A stretch of 64,000 nucleotides of DNA from Candidatus Shapirobacteria bacterium (GCA_028704635.1 JAQWFB010000004.1:2656-66655), one strand, 5' to 3'. Positions 29,415 to 39,566 are shown, numbered from the stretch's first letter. Translations and numbers: made by a program. Notes: generated by a model not told the origin, from the sequence alone.

Positions 29415-30032
29415 ATGATTTCAGGATTTCTCGTTAAAAAAGGTCAAATGACCAGCATATTCACCGAAGACGGCAAAAGAATTGCTGTTACTAAATGTGT
29501 TGCCAAACCTTTAATTGTTACTCAAATTAAAAACCAAGAAAAAGATGGCTACCAAGCCGTCCAAGTTGCCTATGGTCAACGAAAAAGACTCGACCAATCC
29601 ACTTCTTCAAAATTAAACAAATTAAAGATTGAAGGCACTCCAAAAGGTTTTCAAGAATTCTTCTTAACTTCCGATCAAATCCCTGAAGTTGGCAGTAATA
29701 TTTCTATTGATACTATTTTTACTGTTGGCGAAAAAGTTGATATTACCGGTATTTCTAAAGGTCGTGGATTTGCTGGTGTTATCAAAAGACACGGTTTCAA
29801 AAAACAACCTCTCTTAGGTGCTTCCGATCGTGTCAGACATCCTGGTTCCATCGGTGCTCAAACTCCAGGTAAAGTTGTTCGTGGTAAAAAAATGCCAGGA
29901 CATATGGGAAATGTTAATAAAACCGTCGAAAATTTGAAAATCGTTTCTATTAATCCTGAAAATAATGAAATATTAATTAGTGGTTCTTTTCCTGGACATT
30001 TTAATTCTTGGATCACCATTACCAAAGTCTAA
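29415..30032 (+). CDS. rplC: 50S ribosomal protein uL3
   Basis: DGYQAVQ, SKGRGFAGVIKRH, KKMPGHMG. Confidence 0.97.
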   Translation: MISGFLVKKGQMTSIFTEDGKRIAVTKCVAKPLIVTQIKNQEKDGYQAVQVAYGQRKRLDQSTSSKLNKLKIEGTPKGFQEFFLTSDQIPEVGSNISIDTIFTVGEKVDITGISKGRGFAGVIKRHGFKKQPLLGASDRVRHPGSIGAQTPGKVVRGKKMPGHMGNVNKTVENLKIVSINPENNEILISGSFPGHFNSWITITKV

Positions 30033-30034
30033 TT

Positions 30035-30670
30035 ATGAAAACTCAAATTTATAATATCAAAGCAGAAAAAGTTGGAGAAATTGCCCTACCAAAGGAAGTT
30101 TTTGATACCAAAGTTTCTGAAAAATTAGTCGCTCAAGCCATTCGTGTTTATTTAGCCAATCAAAGATCTTCGTATGCTAAAGCCAAAACCAGATCAGAAG
30201 TTGCTGGAACTCGACAAAAAGTTTGGGCTCAAAAAGGTACTGGTCGTGCTCGTCACGGTAACAAAACTGCTCCAATTTTCGTTGGTGGTGGTAGTGCTAT
30301 GGGTCCAGATGGTCAACAAAACTACAAACTTAAATTAAGCAAAAAAATGAAGGTAGTCGCCATTAACTCTGTTTTAACTAAATTTGCTCAAGATAAAAAA
30401 ATAATTATTATCGATTCTTTTAAAGAATTAACCCCAAAAACTAAAGAGGGAATTAAATTACTCACTGGACTTAAAGCCTCAGATGAAGTATTATCAAAAA
30501 GTTCAAAAGTTGGGATAATTACGCCACAAACTCTTCCAAATGTAAAAAGAGCCTTCGGAAATCTTCCTAAAACAAAACTTTTGTCCCTTAAATCTTTAAA
30601 TGTCTACAATCTCTCTAATCAAAATTTTTTGATTCTCAGTCAAGACACTTTAGATATTTTTGCTAAATAA
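30035..30670 (+). CDS. rplD: 50S ribosomal protein uL4
   Basis: KTRSEV, QKGTGRARHG, GGG..GP. ATG at 30035. Confidence 0.96.
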   Translation: MKTQIYNIKAEKVGEIALPKEVFDTKVSEKLVAQAIRVYLANQRSSYAKAKTRSEVAGTRQKVWAQKGTGRARHGNKTAPIFVGGGSAMGPDGQQNYKLKLSKKMKVVAINSVLTKFAQDKKIIIIDSFKELTPKTKEGIKLLTGLKASDEVLSKSSKVGIITPQTLPNVKRAFGNLPKTKLLSLKSLNVYNLSNQNFLILSQDTLDIFAK

Positions 30671-30672
30671 AT

Positions 30673-30969
30673 ATGAAAACCAATTTAATAGTTTTAAAAC
30701 CAGTTTTTACCGAAAAAACCCTGATTCAACAGGAAAAAGGTAAATATGCCTTTTGGGTCAAAAAAGATGCCACTAAAGGTCAAATTCAATCTTCTTTTGA
30801 AACTGTTTTTGGTATTAAACCACTCAGTATCAACACTGTTCTAGTAAAAGGTAAAAAGAAAACTGATTGGAAAAAAAGATTACCAATCCAAAAGCCTGAT
30901 CTTAAAAAAGCTATTATCACTGTTGATAAAAATACTAAAATTGAATTACTAAATATCAAGACCAAATAA
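30673..30969 (+). CDS. rplW: 50S ribosomal protein uL23
   Basis: PVFTEK, YAFWV..ATK, KKAIIT; operon position. Confidence 0.93.
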   Translation: MKTNLIVLKPVFTEKTLIQQEKGKYAFWVKKDATKGQIQSSFETVFGIKPLSINTVLVKGKKKTDWKKRLPIQKPDLKKAIITVDKNTKIELLNIKTK

Positions 30970-30971
30970 TT

Positions 30972-31718
30972 ATGACCAGAATTAGATCTTTATTAACTAT
31001 CAAGAAAAAAACCAGCGGTCGAGATGATCAAGGTCATATTTCCATTCGACATCGTGGTGGTGAACAAAAACGATTTTTAAGAGAAATTGATTGGCGACGA
31101 GATAAAATCGACATCAAAGCCAAAGTTGTTTCCATTGAATATGATCCAGGTCGAACTGCCGACATCGCTCTTTTATCCTATGAAGATGGTGCTAAATCTT
31201 TTATTTTAGCTCCTACTGGTTTAAAAGTTGGCGATATCGTTGTTTCTTCAGAAAATGCTCCTATTAAAGAGGGAAATTGTTTACCTCTTAAAAACATCCC
31301 AGTTGGCGTTCCAATTCATTGTTTATCTTTTATCCTTAACAAAGGCGCTCAAGTAGTCAAAAGTGCCGGTAATGCCGCTTATGTCCAAAGCATCGACGGC
31401 AAAAAAGCTACCATTAAATTACCATCTGGTGAAATCAGAATTTTTAATTCCGAATCAAAAGCCACCATTGGTCAGGTCGGCAATGCTGAACATTCAACTC
31501 AAAAATTAACCAAAGCTGGTCAAAAACGTCTTCGAGGTATTCGTCCCACCGTTAGAGGTGTGGCGCAAAACCCTCATTCCCATCCACACGGTGGTGGTGA
31601 AGGTCGAAGTTCTATCGGTATGCATCCAAAAACTCCATGGGGTAAACCAGCCTTCAAGAGAACCAGAAAACGTAAAAAAGCATCTAATAAATTAATTGTT
31701 CAAAGAAGAAAGAAGTAA
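30972..31718 (+). CDS. rplB: 50S ribosomal protein uL2 (short N-terminus)
   Basis: RHRGG, IEYDPGRTA, RPTVRGVAQNP, HPHGGGEG. Confidence 0.97.
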   Translation: MTRIRSLLTIKKKTSGRDDQGHISIRHRGGEQKRFLREIDWRRDKIDIKAKVVSIEYDPGRTADIALLSYEDGAKSFILAPTGLKVGDIVVSSENAPIKEGNCLPLKNIPVGVPIHCLSFILNKGAQVVKSAGNAAYVQSIDGKKATIKLPSGEIRIFNSESKATIGQVGNAEHSTQKLTKAGQKRLRGIRPTVRGVAQNPHSHPHGGGEGRSSIGMHPKTPWGKPAFKRTRKRKKASNKLIVQRRKK

Positions 31719-31721
31719 TCT

Positions 31722-31994
31722 ATGTCTAGAAGTTCTAAAAAAGGTCCATATATCGATCCAAAGCTACTTGAAAAAATAGCTAAGGGTGGTAGTGAAGCCA
31801 TAAAAACTTGGGCTAGAAGAAGCCAAATCTCTCCCGAATTCATTGGGAAAAATTTTGAAGTCCACAACGGTAAAAAATTTATTAATGTCTATGTCACTGA
31901 AGATATGGTTGGTCATCGCTTAGGCGAATTTGCCGCTACCAGAACCTTTAAAGGCCACGGACGTGTTGTTAAAAGAGTTATTGCAAAAACGTAA
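31722..31994 (+). CDS. rpsS: 30S ribosomal protein uS19
   Basis: [24 protein letters not shown]. Confidence 0.98.
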   Translation: MSRSSKKGPYIDPKLLEKIAKGGSEAIKTWARRSQISPEFIGKNFEVHNGKKFINVYVTEDMVGHRLGEFAATRTFKGHGRVVKRVIAKT

Positions 31995-31997
31995 ACT

Positions 31998-32489
31998 ATG
32001 GCTCAAGAAATTAAAAAAACTACTACTAAAGCTAAAATTGTTGAAACTAAAGTCGCTAAAACTAAAGTTTTAAAAGTTAAAGAAGCTGTAACCAAAGCGG
32101 TTTCACCAATCATTAAAGCTCCAAAAGTTAAAACATCAACACCAAACGTTGCCAAATATTTCAATAAAAATCTCATGATTTCTCCTCGAAAATTAAGACT
32201 TTTAGCCGATAATATTAGAAAAATGACTCCCGTCGAAGCATTAGGTAGACTTAAATTTACCAACACTAAAGCTGCTCGTATTATGATCAAGGCTCTTCAA
32301 AATGTAATTGCCGATGCTAAAAATAATTTCAATCTCGATACTAACTCTTTAAAATTCGATCTCCTTAAAGTTGATGAAGGTTTAAAAATCAAGAGAATGG
32401 ATAAAGCCCATGGTTCTCGATTTGCCCGAGGTCTCATTCAAAAAAGACACAGTCGACTAGTTATACATGTTAAAGGTAATCAAAAGTAA
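31998..32489 (+). CDS. rplV: 50S ribosomal protein uL22 with N-terminal K/T/A-rich extension
   Basis: ISPRKLRL, VDEG..KR; operon position. Confidence 0.93.
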   Translation: MAQEIKKTTTKAKIVETKVAKTKVLKVKEAVTKAVSPIIKAPKVKTSTPNVAKYFNKNLMISPRKLRLLADNIRKMTPVEALGRLKFTNTKAARIMIKALQNVIADAKNNFNLDTNSLKFDLLKVDEGLKIKRMDKAHGSRFARGLIQKRHSRLVIHVKGNQK

Positions 32490-32491
32490 TT

Positions 32492-33133
32492 ATGGGTCAA
32501 AAAATTAATCCAATTGGTTTTAGGTTAGAGACTGTTAAAAACAGTCCTCAATGGCAATCATCTTGGTACGCCAATGCCAAAAAGTATAGTATCTATCTCT
32601 TAGAAGACAAAAATATTCGAGATTTCCTCCAAAAGAAATTTAATTCTGCTGGTATCGTTTCTATTAGAATCGAGCGATCTGTCAAAAAAATTAAATTGAT
32701 TTTAGTCGTTTCCCGACCTGGTTTAGTCATTGGTCGTGGCGGTAAAGAATTAGAAACTATTAAAAAAGAAGTCCAAAGATTACTTTTTAAAGCTAGTGGT
32801 AAACAGGGTGTTGAGATTCAAGTTGAAGAATTCAAACATGCCGATCTTTCAGCCAAATTAGTTGCTGAAAAAATTGCTTTCCAATTAACAAAAAGAATGC
32901 CATATCGACGAATTGTCTTATCTGCTATGGAAAAAACAATTTCTTCAGGTGCTAAAGGTATTAAAATTGTTCTTTCTGGACGTATCAATGGTGCTGAAAT
33001 CGGTCGCCGAGAAAAATTTTCTCAAGGTACTGTTCCACTAAGTACTATTCGTTCTCATATTGACTATTATGAATGTCCATCGTTAACCAGATCAGGTTAC
33101 ATTGGTGTTAAAGTTTATTTATGTTTAGGCTAA
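32492..33133 (+). CDS. rpsC: 30S ribosomal protein uS3
   Basis: MGQKINPIGFRL, RPGLVIGRGG, SGRINGAEI. Confidence 0.97.
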   Translation: MGQKINPIGFRLETVKNSPQWQSSWYANAKKYSIYLLEDKNIRDFLQKKFNSAGIVSIRIERSVKKIKLILVVSRPGLVIGRGGKELETIKKEVQRLLFKASGKQGVEIQVEEFKHADLSAKLVAEKIAFQLTKRMPYRRIVLSAMEKTISSGAKGIKIVLSGRINGAEIGRREKFSQGTVPLSTIRSHIDYYECPSLTRSGYIGVKVYLCLG

Positions 33134-33139
33134 AAAACT

Positions 33140-33541
33140 ATGTTACAACCAAGTAGAACTAAATATCGAAAACAATTCAGAGGTAAAATGAGAGGTCTCT
33201 CTAAAGGCAACTTAGTTGCTTTTGGTGAATATGGTCTCAAATCTCTTGATTGTAGTTGGATTACTGCCAACCAAATAGAAGCCGCTCGTCGTGCAATTGC
33301 TCATCATACAAAAAGAAATGGTCGTATTTGGATTAGAATCTTTCCAGATAAACCATTTACTGAAAAAGGTACAGGTACTATGGGAGCCGGAAAAGGTGAT
33401 GTCAAAGGTTATGTCGCCGTTATTAGACCAGGTCGAATTATGTTTGAAGTTTCTGGTGTTGCCGAAGTTGACGCCAAAGAAGCTTTAAAATTAGCCGCAG
33501 CTAAATTACCAGTTAAATGCAAAATCGTTAATCGAAAATAG
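33140..33541 (+). CDS. rplP: 50S ribosomal protein uL16
   Basis: [31 protein letters not shown]. Confidence 0.97.
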   Translation: MLQPSRTKYRKQFRGKMRGLSKGNLVAFGEYGLKSLDCSWITANQIEAARRAIAHHTKRNGRIWIRIFPDKPFTEKGTGTMGAGKGDVKGYVAVIRPGRIMFEVSGVAEVDAKEALKLAAAKLPVKCKIVNRK

Positions 33542-33552
33542 GGGTAGATTTT

Positions 33553-33762
33553 ATGAAAAAAACTGATAAAATTTCCTACAGACAAAAAAGCACTGAGGAA
33601 CTATTAAAAAATCTTTTAGATCTTCGTAAAAAGTTTATTGAAGCCAAGGCCAAATCAGCCACTGGTAATCAAAAAGACACTTCTGTCTTCTCAAAAATTA
33701 AATACGAGATTGCTTTAATCTCGACTCTTATTCAAGAAAAGAAACATGATAAAGAAAACTAA
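33553..33762 (+). CDS. rpmC: 50S ribosomal protein uL29
   Basis: Size, position, EEL..L..LRK and IKYEIALIST pattern. Confidence 0.85.
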   Translation: MKKTDKISYRQKSTEELLKNLLDLRKKFIEAKAKSATGNQKDTSVFSKIKYEIALISTLIQEKKHDKEN

Positions 33763-34006
33763 TACTAATGGTAAAACATTTGAAGGTAGCGTCATTTCAG
33801 ATAAAATGACCAACACTATTGTCGTTTCTCTTGAATATACCAGAAGACATCCTCTTTATAAAAAAATTGTTAGAAAGCATAAAAACATTTACGCTGAAAA
33901 CAATTTATCAGCCAAAATAGGGGATAAAGTTAAAGTTCGAGAAACTCGACCTTTAAGTAAACTTAAAAGATTTACTACCTTAGCCATTACCAAAAAGTCT
34001 ATCTAA
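33746..34006 (+). CDS. rpsQ: 30S ribosomal protein uS17
   Basis: SDKMTNTIVV, HPLYKK, ETRPLSKLKRF. Confidence 0.96.
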   Translation: MIKKTNTNGKTFEGSVISDKMTNTIVVSLEYTRRHPLYKKIVRKHKNIYAENNLSAKIGDKVKVRETRPLSKLKRFTTLAITKKSI

Positions 34007-34008
34007 CT

Positions 34009-34380
34009 ATGTCTGTCCAATTAAGAAGTATTATTAAACCAGCAGATAATTGTGGAGCTAAATCAGTCCAAGTTATCCATGTCTACAAAGGCCATTTCCA
34101 TAAGAAAGGCACTATTGGCGACACTGTCTTAGCTGTCGTTAAAACCGCCATTCCAAACGGTTTGGTTAAGAAAAAAGAAAAAGTTAAAATGGTTATCGTT
34201 CGTACCAAAAAAGAATTTGGTCGAGCTGATGGCTCTTACATTCGTTTCAACGACAACGCTGGTGTTATCATTGATTCTCAAAATAATCCACGAGGTACCA
34301 GAATCTTCGGACCAATTGCCCGTGAAATTAAAGATTTAGGTTTTAATAAAATTGCCTCCATGGCTAAAGAGGTTTACTAA
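34009..34380 (+). CDS. rplN: 50S ribosomal protein uL14
   Basis: ADNCGAK, DGSYIRFNDNA, GTRIFGPIARE. Confidence 0.97.
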   Translation: MSVQLRSIIKPADNCGAKSVQVIHVYKGHFHKKGTIGDTVLAVVKTAIPNGLVKKKEKVKMVIVRTKKEFGRADGSYIRFNDNAGVIIDSQNNPRGTRIFGPIAREIKDLGFNKIASMAKEVY

Positions 34381-34382
34381 CT

Positions 34383-34709
34383 ATGAAAATATTAAAAGGC
34401 GACACCGTCAAAATTTTAATCGGAAAAGATAAAGGCCGTGAAGGTCTTGTTGTTAAAGCCATGCCTAAAAAAGATAAAATTGTTGTTCAAGGTATGAATT
34501 TGTACAAAAAGTGTATTAAACCTAGTCAAGGTAAACCTGGTTCTATTATTACCAAAGAAAGAGCCATGACTGTTTCCAAAGCCGCTGTAATTTGTCCAAA
34601 TTGTAAAAAAGCCATCCGAGTTGCTTACCAAATTGACAAAGCAGGTGAAAAATTCCGAATTTGTCGTAAATGTAAATCTATGTTAAATTCACCAGTCGTT
34701 AAAAAATAA
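34383..34709 (+). CDS. rplX: 50S ribosomal protein uL24 (Zn-ribbon type)
   Basis: KOW motif GDTVKILIGKDKG; CPNC..CRKC. Confidence 0.95.
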   Translation: MKILKGDTVKILIGKDKGREGLVVKAMPKKDKIVVQGMNLYKKCIKPSQGKPGSIITKERAMTVSKAAVICPNCKKAIRVAYQIDKAGEKFRICRKCKSMLNSPVVKK

Positions 34710-34711
34710 TT

Positions 34712-35251
34712 ATGTTAAAAACAATCATCGAAACCACTATTAAAGAAAATTTGATCAAAGCCACCTCGAAAGATCGTAACGTTTTTTCTTTACCAAAATT
34801 AAAAAAGGTTGTCATTAATTACCGTGTCGCTGATGCTCGTGAAAGCCAAGAATCGCTTATTGCTGCTACTGAAGAATTAGTTGCCATTACCGGTCAAAAA
34901 CCAAAACTTTGCAAAGCTAAAAAAGCCGTTTCGGCTTTTAAACTTAGAGAAAATGATCCTTTAGCTCTCAAAGTCACTCTTCGAGGAGTTCGAATGTATG
35001 ATTTTATTGAAAAATTATTCAATTTAGTTTTACCTCGACTTCGCGATTTCAAAGGTTTACCCGACACCGCTTTCGATTCTGAAGGTAATTATAATATGAC
35101 TATTAAAGATCAAACTTTTTTTCCTGAAATTAATCTTGATAAAATTAATAAAATCAGACCAGTGCAGATTACTATGAATATTAATGCCTCTTCAAAAGAG
35201 GAAGCAAAAATGTTATTATCAGCCCTAGGTTTTCCTTTTAAGAAAAATTAA
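34712..35251 (+). CDS. rplE: 50S ribosomal protein uL5
   Basis: ITGQKP, FKLRE, VTLRG, LPRLRDFKG, FPEI. Confidence 0.96.
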   Translation: MLKTIIETTIKENLIKATSKDRNVFSLPKLKKVVINYRVADARESQESLIAATEELVAITGQKPKLCKAKKAVSAFKLRENDPLALKVTLRGVRMYDFIEKLFNLVLPRLRDFKGLPDTAFDSEGNYNMTIKDQTFFPEINLDKINKIRPVQITMNINASSKEEAKMLLSALGFPFKKN

Positions 35252-35259
35252 AATAAATT

Positions 35260-35445
35260 ATGGCTACTAAAGCAAAAATTGTCAGAGAAGATAAAAAATT
35301 AAAATACAGTTGCCGACATCACAACCGATGTCACATTTGTGGTCGACCTCATGGTTTTATTCGTTTATTTGGTATCTGCCGACTTTGCTTCCGCAAATTA
35401 GCTCATGCTGGAATGCTTCCTGGCGTTAAAAAAGCTAGTTGGTAA
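35260..35445 (+). CDS. rpsN: 30S ribosomal protein uS14 (Zn-binding type Z)
   Basis: [25 protein letters not shown]. Confidence 0.96.
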   Translation: MATKAKIVREDKKLKYSCRHHNRCHICGRPHGFIRLFGICRLCFRKLAHAGMLPGVKKASW

Positions 35446-35452
35446 TAAAAAT

Positions 35453-35842
35453 ATGCATCAATCAACATCAATCGATTTTATAATTAGAATTAAAAATGGC
35501 TACCAAGCTGGCCGAAAAACTATTTTGGCTCCGGCTTCTAATTTTTGTGTGGCCATAGCCCAACTTTTAAAGAAAACTAAGTATATTGCTGATTTTACCG
35601 TTAATGGTGATGTCAAAAAAGAAATGACCATTAAATTGGCTTATGATAATAATGAACCTCGCGTCAGCGATGTCCGCTTATTTTCTAAACCAGGTCGTCG
35701 TATCTACGAAAAAAATTCTTCTCTTCCTTGGGGTAAAAGTCCCAAATCATTAATCATTGTTTCCACCTCCAGCGGAGTTATGTCTCAAAAAGAGGCTAAA
35801 GTCAAAGGTCTTGGTGGAGAAATTATTGCCGAAATCTGGTAA
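35453..35842 (+). CDS. rpsH: 30S ribosomal protein uS8
   Basis: DFIIRIKN, SKPGRRIY, STSSGVM, GGEII. ATG at 35453. Confidence 0.95.
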   Translation: MHQSTSIDFIIRIKNGYQAGRKTILAPASNFCVAIAQLLKKTKYIADFTVNGDVKKEMTIKLAYDNNEPRVSDVRLFSKPGRRIYEKNSSLPWGKSPKSLIIVSTSSGVMSQKEAKVKGLGGEIIAEIW

Positions 35843-35848
35843 ACCATT

Positions 35849-36388
35849 ATGTCAAGAATAGGTAAACAATTAATAGATATCCCAACCGGAGTCACCGTCA
35901 TTGTTAATTCCAATGAGGTTACTGTTACTGGTCCAAAAGGTGAATTAAAATTAAACGTTGCTCCAAAAATTAACGTTGAAATTAAAGATAACCAAGTTTT
36001 CGTCACTCGCGTTTCTGAAGATAAAAAAACCAGATCTAACCATGGGACTACTCGTGCTCATATCAATAATATGATCAAAGGTGTTGTCACACCATGGGAA
36101 AAGACACTTGAAATTAAAGGTACCGGTTATAAAGCCGTATTAATGGGCAATAAAATCAGACTCAATGTCGGTTATATTCACCCAGTCGATATTGAAGCCC
36201 CAGTCGGTGTCACTTTTCAGGTTCCAGAAGATACTAAAGTTATTGTCTCTGGTTGCAATAAAACCGTTGTCGGTCAAGTTGCCAGCAATATTCGAAAAGT
36301 CAGAAAACCAGAACCCTACAAAGGCAAAGGTATTAGATACGCTGATGAATTTATTAAACTTAAAGCTGGTAAAAAAGCTAAAGCCTAA
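35849..36388 (+). CDS. rplF: 50S ribosomal protein uL6
   Basis: [23 protein letters not shown]. Confidence 0.97.
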   Translation: MSRIGKQLIDIPTGVTVIVNSNEVTVTGPKGELKLNVAPKINVEIKDNQVFVTRVSEDKKTRSNHGTTRAHINNMIKGVVTPWEKTLEIKGTGYKAVLMGNKIRLNVGYIHPVDIEAPVGVTFQVPEDTKVIVSGCNKTVVGQVASNIRKVRKPEPYKGKGIRYADEFIKLKAGKKAKA

Positions 36389-36396
36389 AAAATAAT

Positions 36397-36741
36397 ATGA
36401 TTACACATAACCCAAAACAAAGAAGACAAAATCGAGTTAGAGCTAAATTAGCCCTAAATTTAGGTGTTCCTCGATTAACAGTTTTTAGAAGCAACCAACA
36501 TCTTTGGGCTCAAATCATTGACGATAAACATGGCCGAACTTTAGTTTCAGCTTCCACTAAGTCATTAAAATTAGACAAAGGCACTAAAACTGAAAAAGCC
36601 ACTGCTGTTGGTGAGCAAATTGCCACCATGGCCCTCGAAAAAAATATTTCTAAAGTTAGATTTGATCGTGGACTTTACCGTTACCATGGTCGTGTTAAAG
36701 CTCTGGCCGATGGAGCTCGTTCTAAAGGTTTAAACTTTTAA
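36397..36741 (+). CDS. rplR: 50S ribosomal protein uL18
   Basis: [28 protein letters not shown]. Confidence 0.97.
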   Translation: MITHNPKQRRQNRVRAKLALNLGVPRLTVFRSNQHLWAQIIDDKHGRTLVSASTKSLKLDKGTKTEKATAVGEQIATMALEKNISKVRFDRGLYRYHGRVKALADGARSKGLNF

Positions 36742-36745
36742 TTAT

Positions 36746-37213
36746 ATGGATAATAATCAAAGATATCAAAAATATGAAAAACCAGTCAGTGAATTCACTG
36801 ATAAAGTTGTTCAAATCAAAAGAGTCTCTAAAAAAACTAAAGGTGGAAACCAAATTCATTTCACTGCTTTAGTTGTTTCTGGCGACAAAAAGAACCGAGT
36901 TGGTGTTGGTTTAGGTAAAGCTAAATCAGTTGCCGATGCCATTCAAAAAGGTATTAAAAAAGCTCAAAAAGGTTTAATTACTGTTCCAATTGTTGATGGT
37001 ACTATTTCTGGTGCCGTAACTCTAAAATTTAAAGGTGCTGTCGTCATGATTCGACCTGGTAAAAAAGGAAGTGGTCTTATCGCTGGTGGTCCAGTTCGAG
37101 CCGTAGTCGAATTGGCTGGTATTCATGATATAGTTTCTAAAATCGTCGGTTCTAAAAATAAATCAATTAATGTTTGGGCTGCTTTAAAAGCTCTTTCTAC
37201 CCTTAAAAAATAA
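36746..37213 (+). CDS. rpsE: 30S ribosomal protein uS5
   Basis: RVSKKTKGG, GVGLGKA, GLIAGGPVRAV. Confidence 0.97.
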   Translation: MDNNQRYQKYEKPVSEFTDKVVQIKRVSKKTKGGNQIHFTALVVSGDKKNRVGVGLGKAKSVADAIQKGIKKAQKGLITVPIVDGTISGAVTLKFKGAVVMIRPGKKGSGLIAGGPVRAVVELAGIHDIVSKIVGSKNKSINVWAALKALSTLKK

Positions 37214-37214
37214 T

Positions 37215-37664
37215 ATGGAAATCTTAACTAACTTAACTAAAATAACCTCAAAACCAGCTCGACGTTGTGGTCGTGGCATTGGTTCTGGTTTAGGTGGCCA
37301 CACTTCTGGTCGCGGTGCTAAAGGTCGCAACGCTCGTGGTAAAACTGCTTTAACTTTTGCTGGTACCAAAATTAAGAAATCATGGATCAAAAGACTTCCA
37401 TTTTTAAGAGGTAAACATCGTCTTCAAAATAGAAAAAATATTATTAACATCAATCTAACTCAAATTGATAAATGGTTTAAAGCCAATGAAGTTGTTGATA
37501 CAGCTTCGATTTCCAAAAAATCTAAAATAACTTTAAAAAAACTACATGCTGGTTTTAAAATTTTAGCTACGGGTGATGTCACTAAAGCTTTAACTATCAA
37601 AGGACTCGCTCTTTCCAAAGTTGCTAAAAACAAAATTATTGCAGCAGGTGGTAATATAGAGTAA
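37215..37664 (+). CDS. rplO: 50S ribosomal protein uL15
   Basis: GRGIGSGLGGHTSGRGAKG, RLP, KILATG. Confidence 0.95.
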   Translation: MEILTNLTKITSKPARRCGRGIGSGLGGHTSGRGAKGRNARGKTALTFAGTKIKKSWIKRLPFLRGKHRLQNRKNIININLTQIDKWFKANEVVDTASISKKSKITLKKLHAGFKILATGDVTKALTIKGLALSKVAKNKIIAAGGNIE

Positions 37665-38944
37665 TGAATCTGATAGTTAAGTCGCTTCTTCTATATGTTG
37701 ATGGTCTAAAAACTCCTATCTTTAGGAAGAAATTTACCATTACTATTTTACTTTTGATTTTTTTTCGTCTTATTGCTCATATCCCAGTTCCTGGTGTTAA
37801 TTTAGTTCTCCTAAAACAATTCTTTTCCCAAAATCAACTATTATCATTATTAGATATTTTTTCTGGTGGAACTTTAGCTAATTTTTCTATCGCTGCTTTG
37901 GGTTTAAATCCTTACATCAACGCTTCTGTTATGATGCAGCTTTTAGCTCTAGTCATTCCTCAGCTTGAGGAGCTTCGTAAAGAAGGCGAATATGGTCGAG
38001 CTAAAATTAATCAATATACTCGCATTGCCACCATTCCTTTCGCTATCATCAACGGTATCGGTATGATTACTATTTTAAAATCCCAAAACATTATTACCGA
38101 TTTTTCTCCTTTAACTATTGTTGGTATGGTTTGTAGTATGTTGGCCGGTACTATGATTATGATTTTTCTAGGAGAAATGATTAATCTCTATGGAGTTGGT
38201 AATGGTATCTCTATGCTTATCTTTGCTGGTATCATTTGTCGACTGCCAATCATATTTTTTCAAACGATGACTACAACTGATTTTTCCAACCCTCAAAATA
38301 CTCTAAATATTTTTATGTTAGCTGTCATGGCACTAGCCCTAGTTTTTTGTATCGTTTTAGTCGAAGAAGCCATTCTACGTGTTCCTATAAATTATGCCAA
38401 ACGTGGTCAATCTACCTATCTTCCTATAAAAGTTAACACGGCCGGTGTCATGCCTATCATTTTTGCTGTTTCCCTTGCCACCATTCCTTCATTATTAGGT
38501 CAATTTTTAGGTAAAGTTCCAAATCATTTTATTGCCAATACTGCAGTTACTATTGGTAATCTTTTCGCCACTGATGGTTATATTTATATGGTTTTTTATT
38601 TTTTACTTGTTATGGGTTTCACTTTTTTCTATACTTCCGTTATTTTCAAACCAAAAGATATTGCTGACGAATTAAGAAAATCCGGTGGTTTTATTCCTGG
38701 TATCCGTCCTGGTATTTCTACTGAAAAACGTCTCAAATTTTTAATCAATCGAGTTATTGTTATTGGTTCAGTTTTCTTAGGGTTAATTGCCGTTTCTCCT
38801 TCTATTGTTCAAAAAATGACCGGTATCACTACCATTACTATTGGTGGAACCAGTGTTCTTATCGTTGTTGCTGTTATTATCGAGTTAACTCGAAAATTAG
38901 AAAATGTCGTTCAGGCCCAAAATTACGACAAGCTAAGTTATTAA
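37664..38944 (+). CDS. secY: Preprotein translocase SecY
   Basis: HIPVPG, FSIAALGLNPYINAS, GNGISMLIF, AGVMPIIFA, GGFIPGIRPG, GGTSVLI. Confidence 0.98.
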   Translation: MNLIVKSLLLYVDGLKTPIFRKKFTITILLLIFFRLIAHIPVPGVNLVLLKQFFSQNQLLSLLDIFSGGTLANFSIAALGLNPYINASVMMQLLALVIPQLEELRKEGEYGRAKINQYTRIATIPFAIINGIGMITILKSQNIITDFSPLTIVGMVCSMLAGTMIMIFLGEMINLYGVGNGISMLIFAGIICRLPIIFFQTMTTTDFSNPQNTLNIFMLAVMALALVFCIVLVEEAILRVPINYAKRGQSTYLPIKVNTAGVMPIIFAVSLATIPSLLGQFLGKVPNHFIANTAVTIGNLFATDGYIYMVFYFLLVMGFTFFYTSVIFKPKDIADELRKSGGFIPGIRPGISTEKRLKFLINRVIVIGSVFLGLIAVSPSIVQKMTGITTITIGGTSVLIVVAVIIELTRKLENVVQAQNYDKLSY

Positions 38945-38954
38945 TTTAAAAATT

Positions 38955-39536
38955 ATGTCTCTAAATTTATTCATAATTGGTCCATCAGGCTGTGGTAAAT
39001 CCACTCAGGCCAAATTAATTGCTCAAAAATACGGCCTTACTCATTTATCGATGGGCCAGCTTCTTCGCGATGAAATTGCGGCTGGTTCAGAAATTGGTTT
39101 AAAAGCCAAAACTATTGTTGATTCTGGAAATTTAGTTCCAGACGAAGTTGCATTCACTGTTTTAACCAGTAATTTGGCTAAAATTAATTATCAAAATTTC
39201 ATCATCGACGGTTTTCCCCGAATTTTAACCCAAGGTCAATTTATTGAAAACTTTCTATTAAACCAAAACCAACCATTAGATCAAATTATTCACCTTGATG
39301 TTACTTTTGAAGAAATTCAATCCCGCCGCGCCAGACTGGGGGATTCTTTTCAAGACCAAAGTCGCACCGACTCTACTCCTGAAGCTATCGCCGCTCGTCA
39401 AAAATTTTACGACGATAATAACGATTTAATAATGGATTATTTTCAATCCAAAAATCTTTTGTTCCGAACCGATGGTAATCGTCCAATTGATCCAATTTTT
39501 CAGGATATTTCTGATAAAATTGATAAACTTAAATAA
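38955..39536 (+). CDS. adk: Adenylate kinase, short (LID-less) form
   Basis: GPSGCGKSTQA, HLSMGQLLR, GNLVPD, IDGFPR; follows secY. Confidence 0.9.
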   Translation: MSLNLFIIGPSGCGKSTQAKLIAQKYGLTHLSMGQLLRDEIAAGSEIGLKAKTIVDSGNLVPDEVAFTVLTSNLAKINYQNFIIDGFPRILTQGQFIENFLLNQNQPLDQIIHLDVTFEEIQSRRARLGDSFQDQSRTDSTPEAIAARQKFYDDNNDLIMDYFQSKNLLFRTDGNRPIDPIFQDISDKIDKLK

Positions 39537-39566
39537 TTAAAATTTTAAATTAAAAATTAATAACAA

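Noticed and set aside
30960-31000. Frameshift or pseudogene explanation for the short uL2 N-terminus
   Set aside because: rplW ends 2 nt before the ATG, leaving no room for a missing segment, and all core motifs are intact.
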